DNA of 45,668 bases from Vitrella brassicaformis CCMP3155 (taxonomy: Eukaryota; Protista; Chromerida), in NCBI GenBank assembly GCA_001179505.1, contig CDMY01000595.1, positions 1 through 45,668 on the forward strand, written 5' to 3'. A model generated the notes under the pieces. It was not told the origin of the DNA and ran no database searches. It was given only the letters and a program-made list of their open reading frames with translations. Below are positions 43,550 through 45,668 of this stretch, piece by piece. The translations under genes and the position numbers were made by a program. Each line of letters opens with the position of its first letter. Within the stretch, counting starts at the first letter, position 1.

Positions 43550-45087
43550 ATGCCCCCACACGCCATGCCCATGCCCATGGTGCACGTCCCGTGCGGTGCC
43601 TATGTGGCAAAACAGAACGGACCTACCTACCTCGGTGGTCACATTGTCTTCTGACGCGCTGCTCGCCTGGTCGGGGGGATTCTCAGCATCTGCCCACACA
43701 GGATGATATCCGACGGATGGCTGGATGGCTGGCTGGCTGGCTGGATGGATGAGGCACATACCTTCATTGTCATTGTCGGTTGGCGGCGTCCTGGTCTGGC
43801 CATCCTCGTTCCCCTCCTCCCCGCCGCCGCCGCAGAGTGACTGCGCTATCGCCTGTGTTGTGTGTGGGGTAGAGAGGTATCCATGTGTGTGTGTGTGCAG
43901 TCCTCAGCATAGATAAAGTGTGTGCGCGCCTAGCGTACCACAGTTAGTGGCTTGGCGTCGCAGGCGCACAGGCGGACGTCGGTTGCCCCTGGGTCTACAA
44001 CACACACAAACATAACACTAGTGTGTGTGTTGTGTGTTGTTGTTTGTGCGTGGTATGCCCACCACCTGGCTGCGTGTGTGTGTTGTGTTCCTCCTCCTGC
44101 TGCTGCTGGTGCTGGCGGTCTGCCGCACTCTGCGGTCATTCACACACACACACACACACAATTGTCGTGTTCTGTCTGTCTGTGTGTGTGTCTTGTGTGT
44201 GCGGCAGGTGAGGTGCCTTAGGCATAGTATCCGGCACTGGGTTCCTGTTGCTCGGCGCCTCGGGCTCGGGGTGGTTCCACTGCACTCAGCCAGCCACACA
44301 AACATCACATCACTTGTGTGTGTATATGCGTGTTGGTGTCGTGTGTGTGTGTCGGTGAGGGAGGGTACTTACCTTGAACATGACGTGGAGGGTGTAGTCG
44401 AGCAGAATCGCCGCAAGGATACCTGTGTGTGTGTGTGTGTCGGTACGTGTCTGGTGTGTTGTGTAGTGTGTGTGGGCGTGTGGGTACCGGCGAAGAAGCA
44501 TGTGGTGGCGTAGGCGTACGCCTGCCCCTCGTCGCTCACCGACTCAGCGAACTCATCCTTTGCCACATACAACACAACGCGACACACAGAGAGATGATAC
44601 CCGCTAGCAGCTGCCTCTCCATTGCTCCATCCCTCTCTCTCCCTCTCTCTCTGCGTGTGTGTGCGTGTGTGTGTCTGGAGGCTATACGATGCTCTTTTTG
44701 AGTATTTCCCCGAACGAGACGTAGAACATGACCCCCGCAGAAAGAGACAGGCACACCGCAAACACCTGATTTGCAACGCATCCACACATCTCTCCGCACA
44801 CACATGCCTCGATCCACACGCCCCGTGTGTGGGTGGGGAGATTCATCGCGGGCGACTGCCGACCTTGCCGTTGTACTTGGGAAGGCAGAAGGACAGCGCG
44901 CTGCCCACAGCCGTGGCCAAACCTGCACACACACACACAACACACACACACACACACACATACACACACAACACACACACACAGACAGACGTGACGCATA
45001 GCACAGTGGATGTGCTATGCTAGACGCACCGGCGATGGTGGTCATGACGAAGCCGAGCACCACACGGTCCCCGTAGTCGTCCATCAT
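42169..45087 (-). CDS. ZIP-family metal (Zn/Fe) transporter, ZupT/GufA (ZIP11-like) subfamily; about 16 exons
   Basis: MMDDYGDRVVLGFVMTTIAGLATAVGSALSF; VCLSLSAGVMFYVSFGEILKKS; His-rich loop [90 protein letters not shown]. Stop TAG at 42169-42171. A probable 5' UTR intron lies at 45222-45120. Confidence 0.93.
43218..43517. other. Assembly gap (exactly 300 N), probably hiding the ZIP TM4 exon
   Basis: Run of N with poly-G on the left and poly-C on the right. The first HN.PE motif expected in ZupT-type proteins is missing from the visible sequence. Confidence 0.9.
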
Positions 45088-45668
45088 CCTGCCTGCCTCC
45101 TTCCTATGAGTCGGCCTGTCTGCACCACAGACACACAGAGAGCGAGAGCGGGAGGGAGGACAAACACACGTACGTCTGTGTGACCAAGCAAACACATGCA
45201 ACAGAAGCTCGTTCGTGCTCACTCCCAGACGCAGTTGGCGATGAGCTTCGTGTGAGGGTTCGTTCCACTGCTCCTCGGGACGCGCCAAGCCCCTCTACGA
45301 CGACTGACTACGGTCCTCGGCCGACTTATGTGCTTTCTGCAGGAGGAGGAGGGGCACCGCTCAATGCGAGCACTTCGAGCACCCAAAGCCTGAACCCTGA
45401 AGCCTGCTCACAAAGTTCCGGCTATTATTGCGCACAGTTTCATTGCTCAGCGTGCGTCTCCTTGCTTGAAAGGTGTAAGAATAGGTGGGAGAGAGTCGGG
45501 GAGAATGGTGAAGAGAGGATCTGCCGGGCGGTCAGTCCCGGATAAAGGATTAAGTCAATGCAACGTAAGGTCTGTGGATTTTGTGGAGAGTCCACGTAGG
45601 ACATGTAGTATGCGTCAGTCCATCCTGTCTGACGTCCTGTCCGCCATGGCCTGTCTCATGGAACGGAC

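Larger units (their letters stand above)
130..45220. repeat. Pervasive intronic and intergenic microsatellites: (CA)n/(TG)n, (GA)n/(CT)n, (GACA)n/(TGTC)n, (GGAT)n/(ATCC)n, (CTGA)n, (CAGC)n, (GGGA)n
   Basis: Directly visible in nearly every intron. They generate the many THTHT / CVCVC / RQTDRQ / MDGWMDG artefact ORFs in the track. Confidence 0.97.

Noticed and set aside
274-45545. Hundreds of short ORFs rich in THTHT, CVCVC, RQTDRQ, MDGWMDG or X runs
   Set aside because: They are translations of intronic microsatellites, N gaps, or antisense shadows of real GC-rich exons.
45230-45668. Microsatellite-free stretch with a weak Sm-site-like ATTTTG and a short hairpin, possibly an snRNA or mobile-element end
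   Set aside because: No recognisable snRNA, tRNA, terminal repeat or ORF; truncated by the window edge.
1-45668. rRNA, tRNA, CRISPR arrays, transposase or reverse-transcriptase genes
   Set aside because: No supporting motifs were seen by eye; tRNAscan-SE, Infernal and RepeatMasker would be needed to exclude them formally.

Overview
This is a eukaryotic, GC-rich, extremely intron-dense window with microsatellite-filled introns, TTTAGGG-type telomeric repeats at the left end and bipartite plastid-targeting leaders. That combination suggests a chromerid alveolate such as Vitrella (inference, not a database result). I traced exons and introns by hand. From left to right: telomere-like repeats, a duplicated subtelomeric block, then nine genes. 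These are a plastid-targeted Mpv17/PMP22 protein (+), a small plastid-targeted protein (-), an LRR-ankyrin-FYVE protein (-), an RNI-like LRR/coiled-coil protein (+), an MFS transporter with two in-frame stops (-), an SLC35F-like transporter (+), an intronless coiled-coil protein (-), a NELF-A homologue (+), a RING/UIM E3 ligase (-) and a ZupT/GufA-type ZIP transporter (-); the MFS locus is counted separately as a possible pseudogene. Most short ORFs in the supplied track are microsatellite or antisense artefacts. The most notable signals are: (1) a polarised, self-complementary intron architecture, CA-type repeats near the donor and TG-type near the acceptor, with many GC-AG donors and one candidate recursive splice point; (2) an otherwise intact 12-TM MFS gene interrupted by TGA and TAA; (3) a NELF-A homologue in a putative alveolate; (4) a FYVE finger split by more than 300 aa; (5) a perfect 30-bp hairpin in a 3' region. 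Six gaps of exactly 300 N limit some gene models.
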